Source: an uncultured Candidatus Saccharibacteria bacterium (lineage in GTDB: Bacteria; Patescibacteriota; Doudnabacteria; UBA920). From it: 64,000 nt of DNA. Made by a program: the position numbers and the translations under genes. The stretch spans positions 13,336-77,335 of the forward strand of contig CAYLIB010000006.1 of assembly GCA_964384035.1 (NCBI GenBank), read 5' to 3'. Shown here piece after piece: positions 19,790-30,400 of this stretch. The notes below the pieces were generated by a model. That model made no database searches, had not been told where the DNA came from, and worked only from the letters and a program-made list of their open reading frames with translations. Every line of letters begins with the position of its first letter. Positions within the stretch are counted from its first letter, which is position 1.

Positions 19790-20380
19790 TTATTCAAGAG
19801 ATATTTTAAGTTCAGGTTTTGTGTGTCTATTTATTTCTCTATCTCTTTCTCTTAGTACCTTTAGTAGCTTGGCTACTAATTTTTTAGGGTCAGTATCAAA
19901 AAATACATCCTTTTGACCTCTTTTGCTTACCGCAAGGATATGTCTTATCTCGCTAGAGGTTCCACCAGTATCCTCAAGTACTCCTATAGGTTTTTTATCT
20001 TCAAAGGCGATAGTAAATTCATTCAACGTTCCAACCCTGCCACAAATTTCTATCACAGCATCCGCACTTCTGGTAAGAAGTAAGTTTCTACCTGAGTAAT
20101 CAAATCCTGTGTAAATAATTAAATCCATATTTGTAGTAGGTAGGCGGTATGTGTTTACATGTTCACGCTTGGTAGAAGCGGGGGAGAGTCCAATGCTCAT
20201 TCCCTTGCCTTTCTTCGCACCCCTAGTAGCCCACTCTGGGATCCCAATAGTCGCTCCAGTTAATAGGATTGCTCCCTGCTTAGCAATCTCATAGCCAACT
20301 TCATAAGCTTTCTTAAAAGCCCCCGTTGGGCAATTGTCTACAGCCGAACCAGATACGCAAATTTTAAACTTTTCTTTCAT
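19790..20380 (-). CDS. LOG-family / TIGR00725-like Rossmann-fold protein
   Basis: KICVSGSA ... AILLTGATIGIPEWATRGAKKGKGMSIGL pattern typical of the LOG/YgdH (lysine-decarboxylase-like) family. Confidence 0.55.
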   Translation of the reverse strand: MKEKFKICVSGSAVDNCPTGAFKKAYEVGYEIAKQGAILLTGATIGIPEWATRGAKKGKGMSIGLSPASTKREHVNTYRLPTTNMDLIIYTGFDYSGRNLLLTRSADAVIEICGRVGTLNEFTIAFEDKKPIGVLEDTGGTSSEIRHILAVSKRGQKDVFFDTDPKKLVAKLLKVLRERDREINRHTKPELKISLE

Positions 20381-20383
20381 ATT

Positions 20384-21298
20384 TTAGTTCAACAATTTAT
20401 TAATTTTCCGCAAAATCTTATATACATTATACCAAACTGGTCTCAGGACTATATCGTATGCTCCCGGGTATTCAATTTGTCTACCCCCGAAACCCAACTT
20501 AAATCTCACAAAACCCGGTGTCTCGCCACTCGCTGTCTCTATTCCCCAAAAGTCATATTCTCCTGCACCCTCATTTTTAGCTTCCTGTATTGCTGTCCAG
20601 TGCATTAAGTACGGCGCCATTATATTTTTATGCAATTCGCTTGAGCCGCCAAAAAGATATGTTCTCGTACCCTCGTAATCTATAAATAAACCGCAAGAAA
20701 TAAGTCGGTCTTCATAATATGCACCCAGTAAAGAAGCCTTCAGTGCACTATCTGGAAGAGTAGAAAAAAAAATAATTAATTTTTTGTAATAATCCTCACC
20801 GTAATCTTTGTAACCTTGCCGTCCGGCTGTTGCAGCAATAAGCTCACATCCGGCGTTTATGTCTTTCATGCTCTCCACTCTCACACCATGCTTCTGCGCA
20901 ACTCGAATGTTGTACCTAGTTTTATTATGCATCTCAACTAGGAGCTGCGTTTCGCTTTTCCCTAAATCTAAAACGAGCGTCTTCCCTGGTTGCACGTTTC
21001 GTACCTTCCTCGCTCCCTGAGGTATTCCTTTTACATCCATCGGCTCAATTCTAAGAAAAACACATTTCCCCATGTCCTTACTTGGAACTTGTAACTTGCT
21101 AATTTCAACTAGCGCGTTCACGCGCGGTACATACCAGTAATAAAAATCTCTTTTAAGTGAATGTTTTATTGCGACAAAAGGTTCGAAAATTACTTCTCTA
21201 CCTAAACTCTTTTGGAACTCCCCCCACTCCTTAGATTGTAAAAAGCTTTTAAACATACAAGTAGAATAACCTAAATTAAAAAACAAACCTACTATCAT
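20384..21298 (-). CDS. FemAB-family peptidoglycan interpeptide-bridge aminoacyltransferase
   Basis: FLQSKEWGEF, KTRYNIRVAQKHGV, YLFGGSS...MAPYLMHW...YDFWGI match FemABX conserved blocks. Confidence 0.7.
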   Translation of the reverse strand: MIVGLFFNLGYSTCMFKSFLQSKEWGEFQKSLGREVIFEPFVAIKHSLKRDFYYWYVPRVNALVEISKLQVPSKDMGKCVFLRIEPMDVKGIPQGARKVRNVQPGKTLVLDLGKSETQLLVEMHNKTRYNIRVAQKHGVRVESMKDINAGCELIAATAGRQGYKDYGEDYYKKLIIFFSTLPDSALKASLLGAYYEDRLISCGLFIDYEGTRTYLFGGSSELHKNIMAPYLMHWTAIQEAKNEGAGEYDFWGIETASGETPGFVRFKLGFGGRQIEYPGAYDIVLRPVWYNVYKILRKINKLLN

Positions 21299-21355
21299 TA
21301 ATCGCGGCCGCGAGGGAGACTAGTAGGTAATAAAAAACCCCAAGCTAAACTTGGG

Positions 21356-22117
21356 TTAAAAAAGTGCTTGGGATAGAGACAGAATGTCTATTTTCGAAAG
21401 TTTGGGAAATTCTTCAAATAATCTACTCTCCACAAGAGTGTGTAATTCATTCACAAAATTCCTCTCTTTAAGTTTTTCAAAAGCCTCGTCGTCTATACCT
21501 GGATCCTTACTCCTGCTGAGTTTGTAATCATCGCTAAGTTTCAAACCTTCAGGAGTGCTGAATACCTGCAGAGAAAGACTCGCGGCTTCTTTTGTAATAG
21601 CAACACGTTTGTCATTACCCTGCCCTACAAACCTATCAACGGCAATTCCCATGGTTAGCTTGAGTTTCTTGCTTGTCGAGAAGCCGGTGATCTCTCCAAT
21701 TTTGCCCTTTTTAATCCAAGCCCCAAGTCTGTTAGCTGTAAGCACGGTGTCGTCTCTAAGACCAATCCAAAGTTGGGAAAACCTGGATTCTGGAATGAGT
21801 CTTGAATCCTTAAAGCCCCCTGACTCTATAAGCTCACCATATATTGGGCTGTTCTTATAAGTCTCGTAACCTGAGGGGGTTATTCTAGCCGAGCGGTTAT
21901 GTAAGTGCTGGTGGGTCGCTTGTATACTCCATTTTCTTTCTTGGTTTTGTGTTAGAACAGATCTTTCAAACACCAACCAGTCATTATAGTCACTGTCTAA
22001 CAGGCATCTAAAAGTAAAAAGTGGTCCGACATGATTATTCTGGGGAAAGTAATTCACGCCCCGAGTCATAGCCGAGAACCATTCGTCCTTCGCGTATTCA
22101 ATTCTAATAGGCTTCAT
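21356..22117 (-). CDS. hypothetical protein
   Basis: 253-aa ORF. No recognised motifs. Confidence 0.5.
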   Translation of the reverse strand: MKPIRIEYAKDEWFSAMTRGVNYFPQNNHVGPLFTFRCLLDSDYNDWLVFERSVLTQNQERKWSIQATHQHLHNRSARITPSGYETYKNSPIYGELIESGGFKDSRLIPESRFSQLWIGLRDDTVLTANRLGAWIKKGKIGEITGFSTSKKLKLTMGIAVDRFVGQGNDKRVAITKEAASLSLQVFSTPEGLKLSDDYKLSRSKDPGIDDEAFEKLKERNFVNELHTLVESRLFEEFPKLSKIDILSLSQALF

Positions 22118-22175
22118 CTCCCCTCCGAATATTTACAAAAAAGTGAAATAACTACGCATTGCAGATCTTGTTTCA

Positions 22176-22294
22176 GTTTGTGCGATTTTTTATATTTTTT
22201 CTGGAGGATCTCTTGAAGGAATCAGGCTTTGCCTGTTCCTGCTCAAGGCGTCCGTGACGGGACGATGTAAGAAAAAAATATAAAAAATCGTGCA
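22176..22294. repeat. inverted-repeat element (about 22-bp AT-rich arms, GC-rich 75-bp centre)
   Basis: Arm tgcgattttttatattttttc (22181-22201) versus reverse complement at 22269-22294. Centre contains hairpin cgtcc-gtgac-gggacg. Confidence 0.6.
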
Positions 22295-22342
22295 AAATGG
22301 AGCAAAATATGCGATGCCATTCATCATTGTGAACGAAGAGTA

Positions 22343-22900
22343 CTACTTTTTCCTCAGGTATTGAAGAGCATGTTTTATCTGCTCCTTGGTTGAGAGTCCA
22401 GGTGGAATATCTGATGATGCTTGAGTAGCTTCCCTGGTGTTATACCCGAGTGCAATAAGAGCATCGAAAACCTCGCTGGTTGAGCGAGTAGAATTTGCGT
22501 TTAATATTCCTACTTTATTTTTTAGTTCTAAGATTATTCTTTCAGCCGTCTTTTTGCCTACACCGGACATACGAGTAAACATCGCACTATCCTGACCGGC
22601 GATTGCGGATTCAAGTGTTGGTACAGTAGCTGCGCTCATTATCGCCAATGCAGACTTTGGTCCGACTCCGCTTACAGTAAGTAAGAGTTCGAAAAACTGC
22701 AAACTCGCAAAAGAGGGGAGTCCGTATAGGCTTTGGCCGTCATCGCTAACTTTCATATAAGTATAAAATTCAATCTCATCACCAATCCTTTTTTCCATCA
22801 TCTCTGGTGTTGTAAAAACTTTATAACCAATACCAAAATTTTCTACTATCAAGTACCCTAGAGTTTTTTCAAGCACTCTACCTTTTAAATAGCTAATCAT
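22343..22900 (-). CDS. ruvA: Holliday junction DNA helicase RuvA
   Basis: MISYLKGRVLEK...GYLIVEN.GIGYKVF start. HhH motifs (LLTVSGVGPKSALAI, MSGVGKKTAERI). Start chosen at the internal Met. Confidence 0.88.
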   Translation of the reverse strand: MISYLKGRVLEKTLGYLIVENFGIGYKVFTTPEMMEKRIGDEIEFYTYMKVSDDGQSLYGLPSFASLQFFELLLTVSGVGPKSALAIMSAATVPTLESAIAGQDSAMFTRMSGVGKKTAERIILELKNKVGILNANSTRSTSEVFDALIALGYNTREATQASSDIPPGLSTKEQIKHALQYLRKK

Positions 22901-22944
22901 AAAATTAGTATACGAGTAACGCGAAAAATAAAAAACCCTCACAG

Positions 22945-23445
22945 TTAGTTAGATCTGTGGGGTTTAATGATCGTCATTCTAAAGCCAAATTTCACACCTT
23001 CTTCTCTTCGGAATGGGGTATTTGATCTTTCTCTAAGTCTGAACGTAGGACTGAGGTACATGTTAAAGCCTCTCATCCAATCAGGATGGCCGAGTAGGTT
23101 TTTCATGTTGAAATTTAGTTTTGTCTTGGGCCGGTCATAAGCATGAACCAATTCCGAAGGGTCGTTCGTTATAACATACGGATGAGCAACCGATACCGAG
23201 AAGAACCGGCCAAAATCATGATGCTCTTCCGGGTAGTAATTAAACGGCAAAATTTTCTGCTGAAACAGGTTTATTTGGAAAAACGGGTTCCCAGAGGTTT
23301 TGGGCAAGGTGAATGTCTTCAAGCCATATTTTTCGGCAAGATTAATATTCTCCTGCGGCGTTTTGGTGGGTGTCGTTGCTTCAGTCTGCGCTAGGGTAGG
23401 AAAGCCAAACAACAGCATCCCCAACGTAAAAATTAGTTTTTTCAT
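22945..23445 (-). CDS. hypothetical secreted protein
   Basis: AGGAGG RBS before MKKLIFTLGMLLFGFPTLAQT signal peptide (start 23445). Confidence 0.55.
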   Translation of the reverse strand: MKKLIFTLGMLLFGFPTLAQTEATTPTKTPQENINLAEKYGLKTFTLPKTSGNPFFQINLFQQKILPFNYYPEEHHDFGRFFSVSVAHPYVITNDPSELVHAYDRPKTKLNFNMKNLLGHPDWMRGFNMYLSPTFRLRERSNTPFRREEGVKFGFRMTIIKPHRSN

Positions 23446-23529
23446 CCGCAATCCTCCTATTTTGTATTCGGGCACTTGAGTCCTTTATATCTTATACCTA
23501 AAAAATAAGCAAAATCTAGTCAAAAATAC

Positions 23530-23558
23530 TTGACAAACAGGACTTGACAGGATATACT
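23530..23558 (+). promoter_or_regulatory. sigma70-like promoter for rpoB (TTGACA-17-TATACT) with about 235-nt leader
   Basis: Consensus -35 TTGACA 23530-23535 and -10 TATACT 23553-23558. A second TTGACA lies inside the spacer. Confidence 0.45.
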
Positions 23559-23794
23559 CTCAATTAGCAAAATAAATAGTTTCTCCGAATAGATTTTATT
23601 GGCCTTTTTCTTTTGTGCAAAACTCAAGGAAAAGGCCCATTTCCGTCTATAGAAGCCCTATTTATCAACTACTAGCTACCCGACGCGCACGACTTTTGTC
23701 CCCCCATCCCACAATGCTAGGTTTAAATCAAGTTAAACCAACCATTAATTTAGTCCTCTAAAGCTAAATGCTGTAAAGGACAGGGAAAAGGCAA

Positions 23795-26700
23795 ATGTCT
23801 AAGGCTATCAAGGGTCTCGAGCTGGTCCAAGGGTCTTCGCGTAATCCACGCAAGTTCTACACCAGACTCCATGAAGTGGCAGAAATGCCCAACCTTATAG
23901 AAGTTCAACTCAACTCCTATAAGTGGTTTTTCGAAAAAGGTCTAAAAGAGTTACTAGAAGAAATAAACCCAATCAAGGACTTCACTGGAAAAAGTCTTGA
24001 GCTTTTTTTTGGTGATTATTTCTTCGATAAACCAAAGTACGATGAGGTTACGGCGAGAGATCGTAATACAACTTACGAAGCTCCTCTATATGTATCAGCG
24101 AAATTAGTTAACAAGGTAACTGGTAAAACCAAAACCCAAGACGTATATTTCGGTGATTTCCCTCTCATGACTCCAAGAGGTACTTTTGTAATCAATGGAG
24201 TAGAACGTGTTGTTGTTAATCAACTCATTAAGTCACCAGGTGTATTTTTCTCCTCAGAGCCAGCGAGGGGTAAAAACTGGTATGGTGCAAAAATTATTCC
24301 AAACCGCGGAGCTTGGTTAGAAATAGACACCGACAACGCCGGAGTAATTGGAGTAAAGATTGACCGCAAACGACGTATCCCAGTAACAGCGCTCTTACGT
24401 GTTTTTGGTTTATCAGAAAATGCCGAAATAATTGAGGCATTCAAAGATGTCGACACAGACCCCGACACAAAATATATCTTAGCTACATTAGACAAAGACG
24501 CTTCTCATAACGCCGACGAAGGTTTCAAAGAAGTTTACAAAAGAATTCGTCCTGGTGACCTTGCGACAGTAGATAACGCTCGCTCACTTATCACAGCGAT
24601 GTTCTTTAATTTCGAGAGATATGACCTTAGCGAAGTGGGTCGTTATAAATTCAACCAGCGCTTAGATATAGACCAAGAAAATGAGTCCCGCCTTCTTTCC
24701 AAAGAGGATTTAGTAGCGGTTATTAAAGAAGTTATTCGTTTAAATAATACCCAGTCCGGAGCAGATGATATTGACCACTTAGCAAACCGACGCGTGCGCG
24801 CAGTAGGGGAGCTTATTCAATCTCGTTACCGTGTTGGACTTGCTCGTATGGTTCGTATTGCAAAAGACCGTATGTCTCTTGCCGATCTCGAAACCGTAAC
24901 ACCTGCTCAACTTATTCACGTTCGACCTATAGTAGCTGCTATGCAAGAATTTTTCTCTTCTTCACAGCTTTCACAGTTCATGGACCAAACCAATCCTTTA
25001 GCTGAGCTTGAGCACAAGAGAAGATTATCTGCTATGGGTCCTGGTGGTCTTTCCCGTGAACGTGCAGGTTTTGAAGTACGTGACGTACACCGATCTCACT
25101 ACGGTCGTCTTTGTCCTATTACTACGCCTGAAGGTCCAAACATCGGTCTTGTTGCTCACTTGGCAACTTATGCTCGTGTAAACGATTACGGTTTTATCGA
25201 AACTCCATACAGGCTTACTAAAAAATTCGTTAAAAATGACGGAAAAGCCGCTATCGGTGAAGTTTCAGTCTTTACCCTAAAAGACAACAATGACGAAGTT
25301 ATTGTAGAAGCAGGTGACGAAATCTCTGAAGGTGCAGCAAAACGTCTTGCCAGCGTGGAAGGTATTTCCCAAATTAGAATTCGACCGGAAGTTATGGATA
25401 AAGTCGAATACCTCGATGCATTCGAAGAAGAAAGACTAACCATCGCTCAAGCAAATATAGAAATAGACGATAACGGGCACTTTATAGAGAAACGCGCGAG
25501 CGTCCGTGTCCATGGGACTCCTACTCTTGCTGATACAGATGAAATCGATGCTGTCGATGTATCTCCAAAGCAAATTATTTCTGTAACTACATCTTTAATT
25601 CCTTTCCTAGAACATGACGATGCGAACCGTGCTCTCATGGGTTCTAACATGCAACGTCAGGCTGTTTCTTGTATCAAGCCTGAAGCTCCTATTGTAGGAA
25701 CAGGTATGGAAGCTAAGGCAGCTCGCGATTCTGGTCAAATGATAATCTCAGTTGAAGACGGAGAAGTTTCCGCTGTCTCCGGTGATCTCATTGTAGTTAC
25801 CAACGATGCAGGTAAAAAGAGAGAGTATAAACTCAACAAGTTTATTCGTACCAACAGTGGTACCTGTATAAACCAAATTGTTCGCGTAACCAAAGGTCAG
25901 AAGGTTAGAGCCGGAGATATGCTTGCCGATGGCGCTAGTATGGAACAAGGCGAACTAGCTCTCGGACAAAATGTGCTTGTGGCTTTCATGTCATGGGAAG
26001 GTGGTAACTACGAAGATGCTATCCTTATTTCAAAACGACTTATTGAAGACGATCGTTATTCCTCTATTCATATTGAAGACTTTAAAATAGATGTCCGTGA
26101 TACCAAATTGGGTCCTGAAGTTGTAACAAGAGACATACCAAACGTAGGTGAAGAAAAACTTAAAGACTTAGACGAATCCGGTGTTATTAGAATCGGGGCA
26201 TCTGTAAAAGCAGGGGATATACTTGTTGGTAAAATTACTCCAAAAGGAGAAACCGACTTAACTCCGGAAGAAAAACTTCTTCGTGTAATCTTCGGTGAAA
26301 AATCCCGCGACGTTAAAGACACCTCACTTACTCTTCCACATGGTGAATACGGTAAGGTTGTAAACATTCGTGAGTTCAGAAGAGAAGCAGGCGACAAACT
26401 CCCAAGTGGCGTTATTCGCTCTATACAAGTCTCAGTAGCAGTTCTAAGAAAAGTCCAAGTTGGTGACAAAATGGCAGGAAGACACGGAAACAAGGGTGTT
26501 ATTTCCAGAATCGTTGCTGTAGAAGATATGCCTTTCCTGGCCGACGGTACTCCAGTTGATATTATTTTGAACCCTCTCGGTGTTGTGAGTCGTATGAACC
26601 TCGGTCAAATCTTGGAAACCCACATTGGTATGGCAGCAAGAAAACTTGGTATCAAAGTCGCTACTCCAGTTCTAGATGGTATCCCAGAATCTAAAATTAA

Positions 26701-27271
26701 AGAGTTATTAGGTGACGCCGAGATTCATTCATCTGGTAAATCTAGACTCTACGACGGTAAAACAGGTGAAATGTTCGACGAACCTGTAACAGTTGGTGTT
26801 GCCTATATTATGAAACTTCACCACTTAGTAGACGACAAGATGCACGCACGTTCTACCGGACCATACTCGCTTATTACTCAGCAGCCTCTCGGTGGTAAAG
26901 CTCAATTCGGTGGTCAAAGATTTGGAGAAATGGAAGTTTGGGCACTTGAAGGTTATGGTGCAGCGCACACACTACAAGAAATGCTCACCATAAAGTCCGA
27001 CGACGTTATAGGTAGAAGCAAGACTTACGAAGCTATCGTTAAAGGTGAAACTATAATGAAGCCGAATATTCCAGAATCCTTCCGCGTGCTCATTAAAGAA
27101 CTTCAGAGTCTTATGCTCGATGTAGAACTCATCGGTGAAGACGGTAAGATCATCGCAATGACCGAAGAAGAAGCGGCGGCTCAGACTCCAGTCCCACCAC
27201 CCCCAGTACTCTTTGAGGACGAACCAACCCCTGCGGATAAAAAACGCAAAAAAGATAAGAAGTCTAAATAA
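23795..27271 (+). CDS. rpoB: DNA-directed RNA polymerase subunit beta
   Basis: 1158 aa. Canonical beta blocks ([38 protein letters not shown]). Confidence 0.99.
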   Translation: MSKAIKGLELVQGSSRNPRKFYTRLHEVAEMPNLIEVQLNSYKWFFEKGLKELLEEINPIKDFTGKSLELFFGDYFFDKPKYDEVTARDRNTTYEAPLYVSAKLVNKVTGKTKTQDVYFGDFPLMTPRGTFVINGVERVVVNQLIKSPGVFFSSEPARGKNWYGAKIIPNRGAWLEIDTDNAGVIGVKIDRKRRIPVTALLRVFGLSENAEIIEAFKDVDTDPDTKYILATLDKDASHNADEGFKEVYKRIRPGDLATVDNARSLITAMFFNFERYDLSEVGRYKFNQRLDIDQENESRLLSKEDLVAVIKEVIRLNNTQSGADDIDHLANRRVRAVGELIQSRYRVGLARMVRIAKDRMSLADLETVTPAQLIHVRPIVAAMQEFFSSSQLSQFMDQTNPLAELEHKRRLSAMGPGGLSRERAGFEVRDVHRSHYGRLCPITTPEGPNIGLVAHLATYARVNDYGFIETPYRLTKKFVKNDGKAAIGEVSVFTLKDNNDEVIVEAGDEISEGAAKRLASVEGISQIRIRPEVMDKVEYLDAFEEERLTIAQANIEIDDNGHFIEKRASVRVHGTPTLADTDEIDAVDVSPKQIISVTTSLIPFLEHDDANRALMGSNMQRQAVSCIKPEAPIVGTGMEAKAARDSGQMIISVEDGEVSAVSGDLIVVTNDAGKKREYKLNKFIRTNSGTCINQIVRVTKGQKVRAGDMLADGASMEQGELALGQNVLVAFMSWEGGNYEDAILISKRLIEDDRYSSIHIEDFKIDVRDTKLGPEVVTRDIPNVGEEKLKDLDESGVIRIGASVKAGDILVGKITPKGETDLTPEEKLLRVIFGEKSRDVKDTSLTLPHGEYGKVVNIREFRREAGDKLPSGVIRSIQVSVAVLRKVQVGDKMAGRHGNKGVISRIVAVEDMPFLADGTPVDIILNPLGVVSRMNLGQILETHIGMAARKLGIKVATPVLDGIPESKIKELLGDAEIHSSGKSRLYDGKTGEMFDEPVTVGVAYIMKLHHLVDDKMHARSTGPYSLITQQPLGGKAQFGGQRFGEMEVWALEGYGAAHTLQEMLTIKSDDVIGRSKTYEAIVKGETIMKPNIPESFRVLIKELQSLMLDVELIGEDGKIIAMTEEEAAAQTPVPPPPVLFEDEPTPADKKRKKDKKSK

Positions 27272-27491
27272 CTAATAAAGGTCGAGAAAACTAGTAATAC
27301 TTAATTCAAAAGGAGAGGATTTCAGATTTGTCCGAGTTCTAGGAGCAGTCGAGTACTGAGCGCAAGCGTAGTCAATCTACGGTTGAGCGAAGCACGGAGA
27401 CTGCGACAACGAAGTCGGACAAAAGCCTCCCTGGAAGTTCGAGCTTCGCTTGAGCTGCCAGGGAGGCGGTCTGGAATCCGTAACGTAATTT

Positions 27492-30400
27492 ATGTTAACT
27501 CAAACTGAAGAATTCAAAGGTGTAAAAATAAAACTCGCTGGACCAAGCCAAGTGCTTGCTTGGTCTCACGGAGAAGTCACCAAGCCGGAAACAATTAACT
27601 ACCGTACCCAACGTCCAGAAAAAGATGGTCTGTTCGACGAAAAAATATTCGGTCCTATAAAAGATTGGGAATGTTATTGTGGTAAATACAAGCGTATTCG
27701 CTACAAGGGTGTTGTCTGCGATAAGTGTGGTGTAGAAGTAACCAAGTCTTCTGTCCGTCGAGAGCGTATGGGTCACATTAAGCTTGCTGTGCCAGTCGCC
27801 CATATCTGGTTTCTTCGCGGTGTTCCTTCAAGACTTGGTCTAATCTTAGATCTTGGCGTGCAAGAGCTAGAGAAGGTAGTCTACTTCGCTTCCTATATTA
27901 TTACTGCTGTAAATGAAGAATCTAGAATAGCTACTCTTGATCAAATAGAACAAGAATTTAAGTCAAAGAAAAAAGAAATCGAAGTTCGTTATGAGTCCCT
28001 TATCGGCAAAACCAGAAGTTCCATGCAGGATCCTACTGGTAAAAAAGATAAGGATCTAGTCGCAGCAGAAATCGACACCGAAATAACCAGACTCAAAGAT
28101 CTCTGGCAGAAGGAAGTCGACGCGTTAGAAAGTATTCGCGATCAAGCAAGAAGCGAACTTAAATCTATCAAGAAATATCAAGTTATCTCTGAGCTTTCCT
28201 ATAGAGATTTATCTCTTAAGTATGGTCCTGTGTTTAAAGCAGGTATCGGTGCAGAAGCTCTAAAAGGTTTATTGGAAGAAATTAATCTTGAAGAACTCGC
28301 AGTAGAGCTCGAAGCTCAATTTAAAAACCTCGAAGGTCAAGCAGCTAAAAAGGCCCTACGTCGCCTTAAGCTCGTAAAGTCTTTTATTCACTCAGGTATC
28401 AGACCAGAGTGGATGCTTATGTATAATCTTCCAGTTATCCCACCAGACCTCAGGCCAATGGTTCAGTTGGACGGTGGACGTTTCGCAGCTTCCGACCTTA
28501 ACGATTTGTACCGAAGAGTAATAAATAGAAACAATCGTTTAAAGAAGCTTCTCGAGATCAACTCTCCTGAGGTTATTACCAGAAACGAGAAGCGTATGCT
28601 TCAAGAAGCTGTCGATGCACTTATCGATAACTCTATCCGTCATGGAAAAGAAGTTACGGCTTCTACTGGTCAGAAGAGAAAACTTAGATCTTTGGCAGAT
28701 ATGCTTAAGGGTAAGCAGGGTCGTTTCCGTCAGAACTTACTTGGTAAGCGTGTCGACTACTCAGGTCGTTCGGTTATTGTGGTGGGTCCTGAACTCAAAC
28801 TTCACCAGTGTGGTCTTCCAAAGAAAATGGCTCTCGAACTCTTTAAGCCATTCGTAATTTCCAAACTTATTGCCCGTGAGTACGCTCACAATGTTCGTAG
28901 TGCTAATCGTCTTATAGAGCAGGGGAGAAATGAAGTTTACGATATTCTAGAAGAGGTAACGAAAGATCACTATGTATTACTTAACCGTGCTCCTACCCTT
29001 CACAGACTTGGTTTCCAGGCATTCCAACCAGTTCTCATAGAAGGTAAAGCTATTCAGCTTCATCCAATGGTTTGTGCGGCTTTCAATGCTGACTTCGACG
29101 GTGACCAAATGGCTGTGCACGTTCCACTTACCGACCTTGCACAAAAGGAAGCAAAAGAAATTATGGTTTCCGCTCATAACTTGCTAAAACCAGCATCTGG
29201 GGACCCAGTTATGACACCAGATAAAGACGTGGTCGTGGGCTGTAACTATATTACGACCATGCGAGAAGGTCTTAAGGGTGAAGGAAAAGTATTCTCAGAC
29301 ACACAGGAGGCAGTTCTTGCATACAATAATGGATTTATCAATATACAAGCTCGCATTAAAGTAAGAAACGAAGCTGGTGAGATTATAGAAACCTGTGTTG
29401 GTCGTCTTATTTTCAACAAGATCATTCCATCCGAAATGGGTTTCAGAAATGAGAGATTCGATAAGAAGAAGCTTCAAGCTTTAGTTCGCGAAGCATATCG
29501 TCTCTATGGTTCTACTGTTACCGCTAATCTCATCGACGAGATAAAGCGAACAGGTTTTACCTACATAAAGAAATCCGGTATCTCATGGGGTATGGACGAC
29601 CTTCGTGTGCCTGATGCTAAATATGATTTACTTGAGAAAGCAGATGTAGAAGTAGAGCAAACCTACGATCAATTCAGAGAAGGTCTTCTCACGGAGGAAG
29701 AACGCGTAGGAAGAATTATCAAAATCTGGGCAAATACCAGTGAAAAAATCGCGAAAGACGTTGAAGGTACTGTAGAAGAACACTCTTCTGTGAATTATAT
29801 CTTCATGTCTGGTGCCCGTGGCTCACTTTCTCAAATAACACAGATGTCTGGTATGAAAGGTTTGGTTGTTAACCCATCGGGTGCTGTTATTGAGCTTCCT
29901 TGTCGTGGCTCCTTTAAAGAAGGACTTGGTATTCTTGAATACTTCATCTCTACTCACGGTTCACGTAAAGGTATGTCTGACACCGCTCTTAAGACAGCTG
30001 ACGCGGGTTACCTCACAAGGCGTTTAGTAGACGTTGCACAAGATATAGTTATAAACGCAGAAGATTGTGGAACCGACGATTACGATGTAGTGACGTTGGC
30101 AGATTCAGAAAAAATGAACAAAGCATTCGACAGACGTTTGTTCGGTCGTGTTGCCGCTGAAACAGTCAAAGACAAAGATGGTAATGTAATAGTAGAACGA
30201 AATCAAGGTATAGATGACGAGCAAGCAAAGATGATTGCCGATAGTGGTATAGAGGCTATGAAGTGCCGAAGCGTTCTAAAGTGTCGCCTTACCCGTGGTA
30301 TTTGTATGCTCTGTTATGGTTACGACCTTGGTTTCAATAAAATGGTAGAACTTGGTTCCGCTGTCGGTATCGTAGCTGCACAGGCTATCGGTGAACCTGG

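Noticed and set aside
21299-21335. attaatcgcggccgcgagggagactagtagg contains adjacent NotI (GCGGCCGC) and SpeI (ACTAGT) sites in an AT-rich genome, resembling a cloning polylinker.
   Set aside because: No flanking vector-like sequence. It sits between a stop codon and a normal terminator hairpin. Most likely coincidence, but worth a vector-contamination screen.
22031-22216. 61-aa ORF overlapping the 22.2-kb inverted-repeat element.
   Set aside because: It overlaps the end of the upstream gene on the opposite strand and the IR arm. There is no RBS.
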